This document shows positions 14,793-26,883 of a stretch of DNA of 64,000 bases, piece by piece (the stretch's first letter is position 1; every line of letters begins with the position of its first letter). The notes beneath the pieces were generated by a model. The model searched no databases. It was not told the DNA's origin and worked only from the letters and a program-made list of their open reading frames with translations. The DNA is from Phoronis australis (Eukaryota; Animalia; Phoronida). The stretch covers positions 367,710 to 431,709 of the forward strand of contig NMRA01000236.1 in NCBI GenBank assembly GCA_002633005.1, given 5' to 3'. Made by a program: the position numbers and the translations under genes.

Positions 14793-17700
14793 GTTTGCTT
14801 TTCCTTATCACATCCAGCGTCCCATCTTTCAATCTGCAATTCAATGATCATCTCGTCTCTTCTTTTTTGATTCATTCACTACTCAGTCCTAGTGAAGTGT
14901 ACTTGTTTTCGTGATCACACACAATTTTTCCGATGCCTCGAACCATATCATAAGCTGTGCTGTTAACGATGATCAATGACGGCTTCCGAGAAGAACGGAG
15001 AAGTGCAACTGGCCGAAGCGAGCTCAAGTTGAGGTCATTGGTATTTGATTGACACTGACTAAAAATTCCGGAGTTTGATTTGTTATGAAATACAAGAATA
15101 ACAGACTTTGAGAATTTTTGTACCCGGACCAAATATCACGATTCCTTTAGATGGAACAATTAACATACATAAATTCGATATAATTTGAATTTTACCCAAA
15201 CTCGGGTCCAGCAACTTATTACTCTGCGCGTGTAAGCGCAGAGTACTGTTGTTCCTGGGTTTTCTTCAATTTTATTACTCTGCGCGTGTAAGCGCAGAGT
15301 ACTGTTGTTCCTGGGTTTTCTTCAATTTTATTACTCTGCGCGTGTAAGCGCAGAGTACTGTTGTTCCTGGGTTTTCTTCAATTTTATAAATCTGCGCGTG
15401 TAAGCGCAGAGTACTGTTGTTCCTGAGTTTCCTTCAATTTTATTCTTATTCTTATTACTCTGCGCGTGTAAGCGCAGAGTACTGTTGTTCCTGGGTTTTC
15501 TTCAATTTTATTCTTATTCTTATTCTTATTCTTATAACTCTGCGCGTGTAAGCGCAGAGTCTTGTTGTTCCTGGGTTTTCTTCAATTTTATTCTTCTTAT
15601 TACTCTGCGCGTGTAAGCGCAGAGTACTGTTGTTCTTGGGTTTTCTTCAATTTTATTCTTATTCTTCTTATTCTAATTCTTATTCTTCTTATTCTTCTTC
15701 CGATCAACTTTGAGGCTTAATAACTCCAAATTGGGTGCAGATACGGTCTTTAAATTCAGCATACGACTTTTGACAGTATATAAATTTTGATTGGTTATAT
15801 AATCATATTCCATATGGCACCGGAAGAGGTCGCTTGGTGCAAAGGTCATATAATTTTCAAAATGCTACTCCTCCTTCAGTTTTGAAGCTATCTTTTTCAA
15901 ATTCGGTGCACAGGTATAAGTCAACATGACAATTTAAAAAATTACTTTTCTAAGTAATCGGGTCATCCAATCAGGTGAAATAGGTCAAAGGTCATTAGGT
16001 GCAAACTAAAATTTTGAGCTAGACACTTCAAATGAACAGGTCTGATTGGCACAGGAAATTCAATTCGGAATCCAAAGTTTCAGGTCATTCAGTGCAAACA
16101 TGGGGTCATTGGGTGCATTTTTCTTCTGAAAATTTGACCTTTTCATTCACCAAGTATTCTGATGTGTCAACCGTCAGACAACTGTGATTCTCAGCATTAA
16201 ACATATTTTTCATGGGCTTTGCATTAATTCTCCTAAAGATGCTTATAATGCACCGGATAGGGTCAATTAGCGCAAAGGTCATGTAACGTTCAAAATATTA
16301 TATCTCTTACGTTTTTCAAGGAATTGTTTTCAATTTCAACACACTTGGGTAAGTCAACATACCCTACTTTACTTCGCAATAGGCCTAACCAATCAGAAAA
16401 AATAGGTCAAAGGTCATTGAGTGCAAACTAAAATTTTGAGCTAGAGACTTCAAAATTACACATCTGTTTACTAAGTGCGATTGAGTTTGAATTCTAAATT
16501 TCCAGGTCATTTGGTGCACCCATGGGGTAATTAGGTGCATTTTTCTTCAGAAAGTTTGACCAATTCATTCATCTTGTATTCTGAAGTTCTTAAAGTATAA
16601 CATCTGTCATTTTTAGCATTAACTACACTTTTAATCGAGTTAACATTTACTCCCTCATAGGCGCTCATAATGCACCGGAAGAGGTCAATTAGTGGAAAAG
16701 TCATCAAAAATTAATGTGTAATTTCTCATACAATTTTAAAAAATTCCTTTTCATATTGGTAAATGGGTTGCTGTCAGTAACTTTCCACAATAATTCCATT
16801 AACAGGCGCAGAGTCCGTTATTGTCACGCCGTGACAATAATCTTTCTAGTTTAAAATGTTATTCTGTTCCGTACCATTCACCGTCATTCTGTTGTTATAA
16901 ATATGTACGATTTTCAACTGATTTCTTCAGATTCCCGCACGTTTTAATAGTCGGTGGCGCAAGGTGAAACAAGTTCAGCCTCACTATTGTCAGTGCATGG
17001 GATACCTATTGCTGCTATCTCATTGTTAGCACATACCCGTAAAGAGGTACAAACTATAGGAAGTGTTGAGCATCACAGACTCGACTTTGTCAATCTCGGG
17101 CACCGCCATCACTACTTTGGTAATCCGGTCGTCACCCTTTGTCGCAACCATTCAGTTTGCAGAAATTTCAAAACTTCCGGTCGCGATAAATTTCCTCTGC
17201 CAGTCGTCGCCAGTTTCCACTCCCTTGTCGCCAAAATCTCCCCTTGCCTGCCATCCCTCCTCAATCGATCAATGTCAACTTCTTGTTTAAATAGGAACTC
17301 CTGACTGAAACGACCAGTCATTAGAACGTGTTTTAAATAATGTCTTGTCTAATCTGTTTTTCATGCTTTCAAGTATTGGGACGACGAAATTGCGATGATA
17401 GCACAACACTGGGCTGAAAACTGCGAATTTGGACACGATGAAGCAAGAAGCATTCCCGGTACTTTATTTAAATTGCTTATCAATTAAAAATATTTCATCT
17501 ACCGAGTTCAAGTCGTGTTTCAGGTGCATCGTGGGAAGTTTCTCGACTCTTAAGCATCCAGCGACATCACACAGGACTTGGCGGAAAGCTGCACCACTGG
17601 AGTGCATTAATTTTGAAATCCCGTGTCCACACTGCAACTTACTTTTTGATGCGATTACGAAACGCCACAATCTTTCAAAAAGATGAGGTCGAAACTCAAT

Positions 17701-20700
17701 CTTAAAATAGCGGTCGGAATCTCGCTTATGGTAACATGTAAAAACGGGATAGTGAACATTCACTAAATCCATATTCAATACCCGAATCCACGGTAGCGTC
17801 TTTCCGGCTTCCAGCAAGCAATCAGCTTCATGTTAACCAAAAATACTGTCCCTTTTTTGGAAAAGTAGTACCAGTTGTAGTATGAAACATTTTTGGATAC
17901 CAGTGTATTGCATTTGTATCAAGTGTAAGTCACTTAACTAACAACAAACCAAACCTGATTGCTTCTGGACCATTTCAAGTTTCTTAAGAGGCGAGTTACA
18001 GTAGTCTTTATTATTTTGCACAACCGTATCCGAACCAAGAGTTCTGTATCGATTAATTCTTCGACCACGAAGTCCTTCTCACGCTAGATATATTTCACTT
18101 TGGAGTTGACGATTTTCGGAATTAAATACTACGCGGTGTGCCATTGTAATTCCAACGACATGTAATTGGATTGGATATAAAAGTGAGGAGCTATTATTTG
18201 CAATTGCATACGGGTATTCTACGGACATCTTGTTAACTATGTTAAAGGTCGTTACCACTTGGGTCAAAACTTGGCACTTAATAATGACTGGCCCTCAACT
18301 CTTAAGGATTGGATCAAAGAAGCCATGGTGTATACGGAGGGTGTACCGTTCACATCCGGCAATATTAAAAAGTTTGGACACTACACGCAGGTAAATACAT
18401 AAACGTATAATTGGAGTCTGTCTGCATCTCCCTAAAACAAACTCATGTAGCATTTTCTGTCTTGCACGACGGCGGCCATATTCACGCGCTAACACCGCAA
18501 TATTCGACTGATTTTTGACATTATTTACCCAAGCTCGTGCACGATGGATGTGGGTTTGTGTGCAAAGTAAAATTACATAAAAAATCCCAAGCAACACACA
18601 ACTGCTGCTGCTGAAATCTCAGACATTTAACAGTTAAAACTGTGTTCTTTGAAACAATTTTCCTTTCCCAGTAGTTGTTCTATATCCTGCATCATCTTGA
18701 TCCATCGGCCTTCTTACCGCTCGTCTTTATCTTCCTAGGCCTCTTTTTTCTGTCACTGTGTAGTTAGCTGTCTTCCGTCTTTTTGTAGGAAACTCCTGAG
18801 AGTAATGTCATTATAGTCTTAGTCGACACTTAACCTCACTGTTTTCCAACGCAGTGCAAAATATGGTTTGCGTTGTTGTACGCTCTCTGCGCCTGTTTCC
18901 GCCTCGGCATACTTTGCAGTCAATCCTCCAGTCTAAAACTGAACTACAGGATGTGATAAAATTAGCATTGAGTTCTACAAGTATGCTGATAAAAAGTTGG
19001 TAGATTCGCTGTTCCAGCTTTACAACTACTTTTTTAAAAATGGTGTGTTTCCAAAAGAATGGACAAAATCCATTATAGTACCGATATTTAAGGGCGGTAC
19101 CAAAATTCCTGAAAATTTCAGAGGAATATCCCTCATGCAAGTCACGGCCAAAATATTCGAAAAAATATTGTGCCAGCGACTTCAAAAATGGTCGGAAAGA
19201 GAAAACGTAATTAGTATGTCTCAAGCTGCGTTTAGGAAAGGACACAGTACGGTGGATCACATGTTTGCTTTATATACGTTAATAATTAAATATTTGACAC
19301 GAGATAAAGGTAGATTCTATTGTGCTTTCGTGGATTTTAAGGCAGCTTATGACAGTATATATAGAAGCGCATTGTATTTTAAATTAAGAAACAATCGCAT
19401 AGAAGGTAAGATGTATAAGATAATAAAAGCAATGTACGCTGAAGTAAAAGCGTGCGTGAAAATGAGTAACGGAAGCTACACGGAGTTCTTTGATTGTCAT
19501 AATGGTCTAAAACAAGGCTCTCAGCTATCACCGTTTTTGTTTATTTTATTTATAAACGATCTCGAACAAGAATTAGAATCCGGGGGAGGTGAAACAATTT
19601 CCATGGGATCAGCTGAATTATTGCATCTGCTGTTTGCTGATGATTTGGTTTTATTTTCTTATAGTGTGAAAGGACTGCAGAAAAAATTGAACATTTTATA
19701 TGAGTATAGCCAGAAATGGAAATTGATTGTTAACATGTCGAAGACTAAGATAATTGTTTTCAGAAAAGGTGGAATGTTACGATCGTATGAAAAATGGACG
19801 TATGATGGGAATACTGTTAATATTGTAAATGCATACAAATATCTAGGATTAATGTTTACTACGAAAGGTTCGTGGTCTTGCGCACAGAAAACTCTATCAT
19901 TACAGGCTACTAAGGCAGTGAATTTGATGAGAAAAAATGTCAATGGTTTTAATGCACTCCCTGTTAAAGTTAGTTTAAAATTATTCGATTGTAAAATATT
20001 GCCGATACTTCATTATGGCTGTGAGATCTGGGGTTTTAATGATTGCGAATGTATTGAAATAGTCCACACAAAATTTTGTAAAGAAATTTTAAATTTGCCT
20101 AGCACGGCAGTTTCATCGACTGCTAGAGGTGAGATGGGTCGTTACTCCTTGATTGCTTACCGACTTCCTAGAATTATGAAATATTGGTTAAAACTATTAA
20201 AAACCGATGAGTCAAAAATTACATATCATTGCTATGAATGGCAGTACAATATGACGGAAAATGTTAATAAACCGTGCTGGGTTAATGATGTTAAGAAATT
20301 GTTATTTCAGTTTGGTTTTGGAGAAGCATGGTATAATCAGGGTGTAGGGTCCGAGACAAGCTTCATATCACTTTTTAAACAAAGATGCAAAGATATTGAT
20401 CAGCAAAAATGGCAAGATATTTTGAACAATTCGATTAAGCTGGAAACTTACAGAACTTTTAAGTTAAATATATGTTTTGAAAACTATTTAGATGTAATTG
20501 ACAATGTAAATGTTAGATCTGATATGGTGAGATTGAGATGTTCAGCGCATGCACTAATGATTGAAAAGGGTAGACACTTGAAACTTAGCAGAACAGAAAG
20601 GTTATGCCCTCTCTGTGTTAGGACATATGTCGAGTCGGAATATCATTTTGTTATCGAATGCCCATTCTACGATGACCTTAGGAAACGATATTTGCCTGCA

Positions 20701-23700
20701 TGGAGCTACAACAATCCCAATGTTACAAAATTCCACAGACTCATGACTATGGAGGAAAAAGATCTTATATGGTCAACATGTAAATATGTTCATTTCGCAT
20801 TCAAGCGAAGAAGAATTCGGTTTACTTCTAGTGTTTGACACTTACCTTTATTGTATTTGATGATTTGATTGTAACAAGGGCCGGAGGCCTAGTTATTGAA
20901 TAAATATGTATATTGTATATATTACAATGTGCTACAAAATCACATCAAAAAATCACATCAAATCTTGGCTTGACAATGACGCGAGGCCAAGAGCAGCTGT
21001 TTTGGTATCCAAGCACGTGTCGCATGCAAGATTCTACGGTGCGGTAGCTGAAGACACAGTGGCTGTAGACTCTTACCTTACAAGCCTAAATAGGCATACT
21101 TTCACTGTCTTTTGCGTGTCGGCATTCATGCCAGGTGACTAAATCATGGAGGAATCCTACCTGGTTACCGTACGTTCAAAGCACATTGCAGTAACAACGA
21201 TGTTATATTAATTATTAGTAGTGACAATAATGCACATCATGAGGTATGGAGCAGTACTAGCGCAAGCTCTTGGTGAAATATATGTACAGGTTCAGGTCAT
21301 GACGGCTGCTACTCTGATGAGGGTGTGGAAACTTATTGGAAAACCAAATCGTCAGGCTTGGTGGACCAACTAGCTTGGGAATCTTTAGAGGGCTATAAGG
21401 AAAGCTCACCGAATTGCCCTTGGCTCAGGCACTGGGAAAACTGGCCAACAGAGTCTTCTCGTATGCTATACGAAGAGTAAACAATTTCTTTCATCGTTCG
21501 TCAAGTTTATCTGCACTTGTTCCGATTGTGAAGAAAGACAAGTCTGCTCTACCAGGGTGGCTCGCAAACCGATTGATCAATGTTCGTAGAATTCACCAGA
21601 TGTGTTTTAACTAAAGAGAGTATTCCCGCGACGTTTTGGACGGCTTGTTTTGAGTTTACTCATTAGAATGTTTAAAATGATCATCATCCCTTGCACAGTT
21701 GTATGGGTACTGTATCAACCGGAACATCTCGGGTATTTTTGTAACCTCCAACTTGACCTCGGAAGTTAACGTTATTAGTGCATGTGCGAAGTTCCGCCAT
21801 ACAGCCAACCATTCTCCAGTTCGGCACGGCTTGCCCTATGACTGAAGTCCGCACATACACAGATAACCCTTACTTACGAGGGCAATTTGAGGCTACGACG
21901 TTACACGAGTTGTTCTGGATGGCGCTGTATATGCGATGCAGAGTTTGGGCGCACCTCAACACTGCGTTACTTTTGTTTAAGATGGTATGGGACACGTCTA
22001 CCTTAATCGGGTGTGGAGAGGCAGTATGTGAAGGACTTGGGTCTTTGTTTGTGTGCAACTACGGACCCGGGTGAGTTGACTAGACAATGTTATTTCTCAT
22101 TGCGCGTTTGTTGGTAGTATTGCTATAAAAACACTATCTTGCCATCTGGCCAGGCACAAAAACGACTGCAATAACACTAATATTAAACGTCCCTCGGTGT
22201 TAATACCAAAATAAATTTTGAATTTTGTCAATATACCAGTCTTGGAAAGAAAAGGGCAGTGGTTAGATGGAACCTTTTCTCACGACATCAAAAGGCCGGT
22301 TTTGTCCTTCGAAGTGGGAAATCTTTTCTCGCTGTCGCAACGGCAGGTTGTCTCTCCTAAAGGGCCAGTGACGCCTGAAGAGTCAGTAAACTTTGTAAAG
22401 ACTTCAAACTTGTCAGTGTTAACACGCGTATGAGAGCAATACTTTGTGTTCAAAAATCAATACCGCATTTTCTTCTGTTTAGCTGACAGAGTTCAAAATG
22501 AAAACTCGATCACTTAATTACCCTTTCTGGAGTGGTTTTGAAAATTTTCCTGCCGCGAGATATTTTCCAGGCATTTACGACCCAAGAAAAGCTCTCAGAA
22601 AATCGAGTTTGTCAACACTTCCATAATTCGACCGCTTCTATTTCATTGTAGTTTTTTTTCTCAATTCCAACTGATTGATAAAGCAAATTTTATCGTGAAA
22701 AGGATTTTTTAAGTTGAATAAATTATCACATTTATTGATTTAAAGTTTTAAGCAGTAAAGAACTTAGTTGAAAAACGATTATTAATCCGAAATTGAAAGC
22801 GCAGTTATAGCTATAACGATTAATATTCCTAAAATGAAAGCGCAGTTATAACCATATTCTTGCCTCGTTTAAGATTTCTGCGTGCAGCTGTAAGCAAATG
22901 AATTTTAATAATTTTGAGCAAAATGCTTAGCAATCGGTAAGCCTTTTAAAAATACAATATAGTGACAAGCATTAACTTTTAAAAATTGATATCAATTTAT
23001 GAATTTCTTAGTTTAGCTGATGGATAGAAAAATCTGCCTACCGCATAAGGTATAGAACTGTGAAAACTGAATTCCTTGCGCGGTGTCCGTAGTCCAAGGA
23101 ATAACACGTAATTTCCGTTCAGAAAACTGTTTTGCACTTCGGCACTTAGTGAGTTTTACGTGTACCTATCTTTAACGTTTGAAACTCACATTTCCATTCG
23201 GAAAATAGATTCAGTGGTTCATAAAGCTAACAGTAGCTCCCTTGAGTTATGTCCCTGTTTTTATTTGTGCAGCGGAAACATCCGTCCTAAAGGTGATACC
23301 TTTGTTCCTTACTCTATGGCAAAACAACAGGGAAAACACTGTCCAAGGCGAAAGAATAAGCAAGGATTGTGCGGTAGGAAACGATAATCTAGGCGGTTTG
23401 ATTGCCCTAATTGAAAGTAACGTGTGTGCAGTCGAACTTAGTGTAGTTACAGCCTACATCATGTTTAGAACGTGAACAGCCGTGGTACAATGTCCCCGAT
23501 TTTATCTAGTGCATGTAATTCTATCCTAGTTTATACCGAACTATCGTCATAACGTAAGATTTCGAAGGTCCCTTGGTGCACCTTGTAAAAGGGTTCGACT
23601 GGTATTACATTCGCAAGCGGAAACTAAGCTGCGGGGTGGTAAAAACTATTAGAGAAATATAAGCTGGCGTTTGGCCAGAATTATTGAAATTGGTAATGCA

Positions 23701-26024
23701 CAGCACAATGCGACTTGTGGGATTGTAAAGACACTGGCGTTCCCAATTTGTATTCTCATTTTCATTTTTTCAGATTGTGGCGGTAAAGTTTGCTACAACG
23801 GTGGAACGCTTGATCCTAATACATGCAAGTGCTCGTGTATTAAGGGATTGAAGTACAATCCCCGTGACAACTGTAAATGTAAGTTCTTCAAACTGTGTTG
23901 TTCAGTGAGGTGTATGCGAATTCATGAAACTGCAGCACCAGGTCGTGTTTTATTGTCTTTGACCATGCGCGCACCCAGGGTGAGGGAGGGCTCGGGTGAG
24001 CCCCCCATTTGGCGAAGTGGGCAAAAAGGTCCGCCCCTGAGAGACAAAAAGTTTGAGAAAATGGGACAAAAGTTCATTACATAAGCGCAAACGCGCACTT
24101 CACAGTGGTGCTCCCGTTTTTTTAGGCCGCCCGCTGTTTTGTTAGCGCATGGTGACGGGTATGAACAATGACAGCTAGGGGAATTTTATTCCGGAAAACG
24201 TAGACAACTAAACCGTTGTCCCGCCTGACTTTTATGGAATGCTGCAGCAGTTCATGTGCGCATGCGCGTCTCTGCGAAACACTAAGAAACGAAGGAGTAC
24301 GATGACGTGACAATATCGAGAGAAAGGTGGTTTTCACTGAGATCAGCTCCGACGCGAATTCGTGCCTGGAACTTTTGCAGTCTCTGCTGGCGGAACTTCA
24401 ACCACTTGATATAAATGACAGAGTAATTTAAGGATATCTGACTTATAAAGTCACCGCCGCCTTGATTTCAGTCAATGTCTGGCAGACAACTTCGACTAGA
24501 CCCGGTGATTTGTAACAAAAACTCAGAACACACAACAGATTTGTAGCTTTTTAGCTCTGGTCAAAGCTGATACTGACTTCGAAGTATCTATCCCATCTAA
24601 GAATAACCCCAAAATGCGCTTTCGGCCGAGACAAAAATGTGAGTGAAAAATAGATGATGACTTCTCTATTTAAGATTACGCATTCTCGTTTATACGCTGC
24701 TCTACGCGTATATCGGTTCAGACGCCAATTCTGTGTGAAGTTGGTCTTTTGATAGGCATTTATGGTCAGAAATATCTATTTGTTTATCGTGATAAGTTGC
24801 CATTTTACTTTCCAGTGTATTGCTCAAATGTTCGAGACCCAGACCATTGCCTGCGCTCTCCATTTTACAACAACTGTGGTACCTTCATCGACGTACTGTA
24901 CGAGTGTCCATTCATGTGCAAGGCTTGCTATTGTAAGTACTCGTCTTCACGTGTCACTTCAACTGTTTTGGTCTGACTTGAAATCTATAGTAACGTCGAT
25001 TTAAAGTGATCCTCAGGCTGTGAACATATATCAAATATCACAGTACAATGCAAATGATATTTCGTCACACTCTTTACCGTCTGGAAATCGGCAAACGTGA
25101 CTAACGCTTTACAAGTAAGTGAGTTTGATCGACGGACGTTGAGAAAGACCGCCCACCCGATGAGGTACTTGTAGTGTTTTACGTGAATTATGGTTTTATG
25201 TCTCGGGCGTACTAATTACTCAGTACTAGGTGACAGGACCATAGGAATACGATTTTTGTCATTTTAAGAGGTCTTGATGCATGTTTGTAGTAATGTCATA
25301 TTCATCTGGACACCGTTGTTTCAAACGTCACGCGTCTTGTCAGTTTAGACACCCCTGTATTGAATTTTTATTCGCAAACAAGTTACCACCGTGGTTTAAG
25401 ATAGTGAGTCTGAATGAGAATTGTGATTAGATTTACGTTAGTAAGAACGTTTAGCTCTTATAGAAAACACGACGTCGCCTTCACAACTCGTGCCTGCGAT
25501 CGTCTTTGGTTCGACCGGACTTGCGACATTTCTGATGAAACGGGCTCTGACTACATTGTGGGAACATTCTTATGGTGCAGGTGCATCCATCCTCTATCTG
25601 GCTTGCTGATCTAAGACCAACAAGCTGTTTTTTTTTCAACCCTGAAATAACATGGCAAGCCAATATGCATAATAAATCTTGACGAACAGACGTACACCAG
25701 TAAACCTAAATCACGTGAGATGACTTGGTGTCTCCGGTGACCGTCTTTTACTCAGACACGTAGGTCATTCTATGTTCCGCTTATTTGATGTTACATCGTT
25801 TAATGTGTACTCTTTTGTTTTATCAAGGGGCAGGAGAAGATTACGGAAAAACTGGGCCGAAGCGTGTCGATACAGATAGGGCTTCTGTGAATAATGTCGC
25901 CACAACGGCCTACCAGTCCTGGGTGTTGTTTTGTTTTCTTCTGTCGTGTTCAATGGCCTTGCCTTGGGAAGTCGCCAGTCGACTTATCGTATCATCTGGA
26001 CAGAGGATTCTTATCGCAGAATAA
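3785..26024 (+). CDS. Spliced CAP-superfamily (CRISP/antigen 5/PR-1) gene: signal peptide-ShK-Ser/Thr linker-CAP-EGF-like-ShK-hydrophobic C-tail, about 444 aa
   Basis: GT-AG exons with consistent phases: 3785-3839, 3986-4003, 4674-4811, 5325-5372, 10453-10488, 11093-11206, 11415-11503, 17374-17458, 18248-18390, 21982-22070, 23273-23373, 23774-23878, 24816-24932, 25828-26024 (sum 1335 nt). CAP motifs: HNEIR, MLKMYWDDEIA, WAENCEFGH, GQNLA, GHYTQMVW, IGCG, FVCNYGPGGN. Confidence 0.85.
3986..4003 (+). CDS. CAP gene 18-nt micro-exon (VAFAAK) ending the signal peptide
   Basis: tttcatttcag acceptor and G|gtaaga donor; supplies an A-x-A cleavage motif. Confidence 0.6.
4674..4811 (+). CDS. CAP gene exon, N-terminal ShK-like domain
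   Basis: GCKDKLATCNNIIAESPDFCDTAGMFSRNKCMESCGFC shows the six-Cys ShK pattern ending C-x3-C-x2-C; ttttag and gtaagt splice sites. Confidence 0.8.
5325..5372 (+). CDS. CAP gene Thr-rich linker exon (DETKTTSALPTTIAVE)
   Basis: tttttag acceptor, gtaagt donor, phase 1-1. Confidence 0.65.
6794..7781. mobile_element. Non-autonomous hAT-like element with 5-bp TSD
   Basis: Termini cataggcggatttag and ctagatccgccactg; TSD tggta at 6789-6793 and 7782-7786; empty site in the paralogue near 32230. Confidence 0.8.
7481..7547 (+). repeat. tRNA-derived SINE head fragment
   Basis: A-box-like tggtgtagtgg and B-box-like gagttcaagtc; no complete cloverleaf. Confidence 0.45.
10453..10488 (+). CDS. CAP gene putative Ser/Thr linker micro-exon (DSTSSLATKATL)
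   Basis: ttttacag acceptor, gtaaca donor, phase 1-1. Confidence 0.5.
11093..11206 (+). CDS. CAP gene exon, antigen-5-like N-terminal Cys segment
   Basis: EITTDSQLKRTCKRKYQNFYLANHTACISRSSKLISAV; the C..KY...HTAC motif precedes the CAP domain. Confidence 0.8.
11415..11503 (+). CDS. CAP domain exon (GVTDKDKALIVDKHNEIRAKVKSAGKMLKM)
   Basis: HNxxR motif; tttctgcag and gtaagg splice sites. Confidence 0.9.
12336..14790 (+). mobile_element. 5'-truncated Tx1/L1-clade LINE with an open RT ORF
   Basis: ORF to 14649 contains NWRPISLLN, DFEKAFD, GCKQGDP, YADD and a C-terminal CTFC...HLYWSC knuckle; AATAAA at 14755, poly(A), 15-bp TSD aagtttgcttttcct at 12321-12335 and 14791-14805. Confidence 0.95.
15217..16852 (+). 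mobile_element. Non-autonomous Helentron/Helitron2-like (DINE/HINE-type) element
   Basis: 5' palindrome actctgcgc-gtgtaa-gcgcagagt in 7 tandem copies, (ATTCTT)n tract, about 2.3 internal ~425-bp repeats, 3' subTIR gcgcagagt, hairpin ttattgtcacg-c-cgtgacaataa, then ctagttt. Confidence 0.8.
17374..17458 (+). CDS. CAP domain exon (YWDDEIAMIAQHWAENCEFGHDEARSIP)
   Basis: WD..A..AQ.WA..C.F.H motif; phase fits both neighbours. Confidence 0.9.
18248..18390 (+). CDS. CAP domain exon (GRYHLGQNLA...WIKE...GHYTQ)
   Basis: GQNLA and GHYTQ signature motifs; CAG|gtaaat donor. Confidence 0.9.
18946..20925 (+). mobile_element. 5'-truncated LINE (RTE-X-like) with an open RT ORF 18997-20838
   Basis: GCDKISIEF, FRGISL, DFKAAYD, GLKQG, FADD, YGCEIWG and CPLC...ESEYHFVIEC motifs; AATAAA at 20899; no clear TSD. 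Clade assignment is by motif recall. Confidence 0.85.
21982..22070 (+). CDS. CAP domain exon (MVWDTSTLIGCGEAVCEGLGSLFVCNYGPG)
   Basis: VW...IGCG...VCNYGP signature; gtgagt donor. Confidence 0.9.
23273..23373 (+). CDS. CAP gene hinge exon (GNIRPKGDTFVPYSMAKQQGKHCPRRKNKQGLC)
   Basis: GN...PY...CP...GLC; phase 2-1 fits. Confidence 0.85.
23774..23878 (+). CDS. CAP gene EGF-like exon (DCGGKVCYNGGTLDPNTCKCSCIKGLKYNPRDNCK)
   Basis: C.NGG...C.C.C pattern; tttttcag and gtaagt splice sites. Confidence 0.85.
24816..24932 (+). CDS. CAP gene C-terminal ShK-like exon (LYCSNVRDPDHCLRSPFYNNCGTFIDVLYECPFMCKACY)
   Basis: Six Cys ending CP.MC..C; tttccag and gtaagt splice sites. Confidence 0.85.
25828..26024 (+). 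CDS. CAP gene terminal exon with hydrophobic segment (SWVLFCFLLSCSMALPWEV)
   Basis: Pyrimidine tract plus caag acceptor; the phase-1 frame matches ORF 25785..26024 and ends at TAA. Confidence 0.65.
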
Positions 26025-26883
26025 TCTTTTAAATGTTCACTTGTTCATTTAATGTAGATAACGGAACAAAAATAGCAAGCAATATAGACACAAGAACTCC
26101 ATTATGTAGCATGTTGTACTTTAGTATTAGTAAACGATTCAAACGCGTAACAGACAGATTCTGTTTGAAAAGGTTAGTACTTAGATATGTGACGTATCTA
26201 CGTTTTATACCTGTGCGCCTATATCCGAAGTGATGCAGTTTTTCGAGGAAATTTATAGTCGAGGTTGAGCATGGGCGGCGCCTCATAGGGAGCGGAGGGC
26301 TATAGACCCCCACTTAATTATTTCAGTACTGGGCCGCCCATGTTGCATTATAGATGTAGGCTCCTCTCCTTGCATAGTATGTGCATATCCTGTGTTGCTA
26401 ATGTGCACGTAGATTAAGAATCTAACGGTGAAAGTTTTACCCAGACACTGTAATAAACACAAGTTACGGAACACAGATTTTTAAAAAAATCACGTTAAAC
26501 ACTTTCCCTGAATACCATTTGCGTGAATTAGAGAAGTCAAACACACATTTACATCAGCGGCAGATTTAGGGGGCGCAGCAGTGGTGGTAGAAAGCAGTGC
26601 TCGCACTGTTTGTCATCAGTTTTGTTCAACTCCCCGGACCTGGTCGCATGTGCTAGGCATGCCCTCTTCCCGTCGGTGCCTCACCTGTATCGGGATGCAG
26701 CCTCAGGTGGCGATCCTTCTTTTGTACTATTGGTGCACAGAGGCCGGGACCCTCCCTCTGCCTGCTAACTCGTTTTAGGTAGGCTGATTATGTGGGTTTA
26801 TGCCACCCTATGACATACTTCTGACAATGTAATCAAATCAAAAGTTAAGCAGTAAGTATGTAAATGCTCTTCTGCAGACTATT

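Noticed and set aside
15217-15660. Palindromic repeats resembling a CRISPR array
   Set aside because: The intervening sequence is itself repeated, so there are no unique spacers; no cas genes; explained by Helentron-like 5' modules in eukaryotic DNA.
18600-18940. Possible degraded RTE C-terminus on the minus strand
   Set aside because: Motif resemblance too weak to support by eye.
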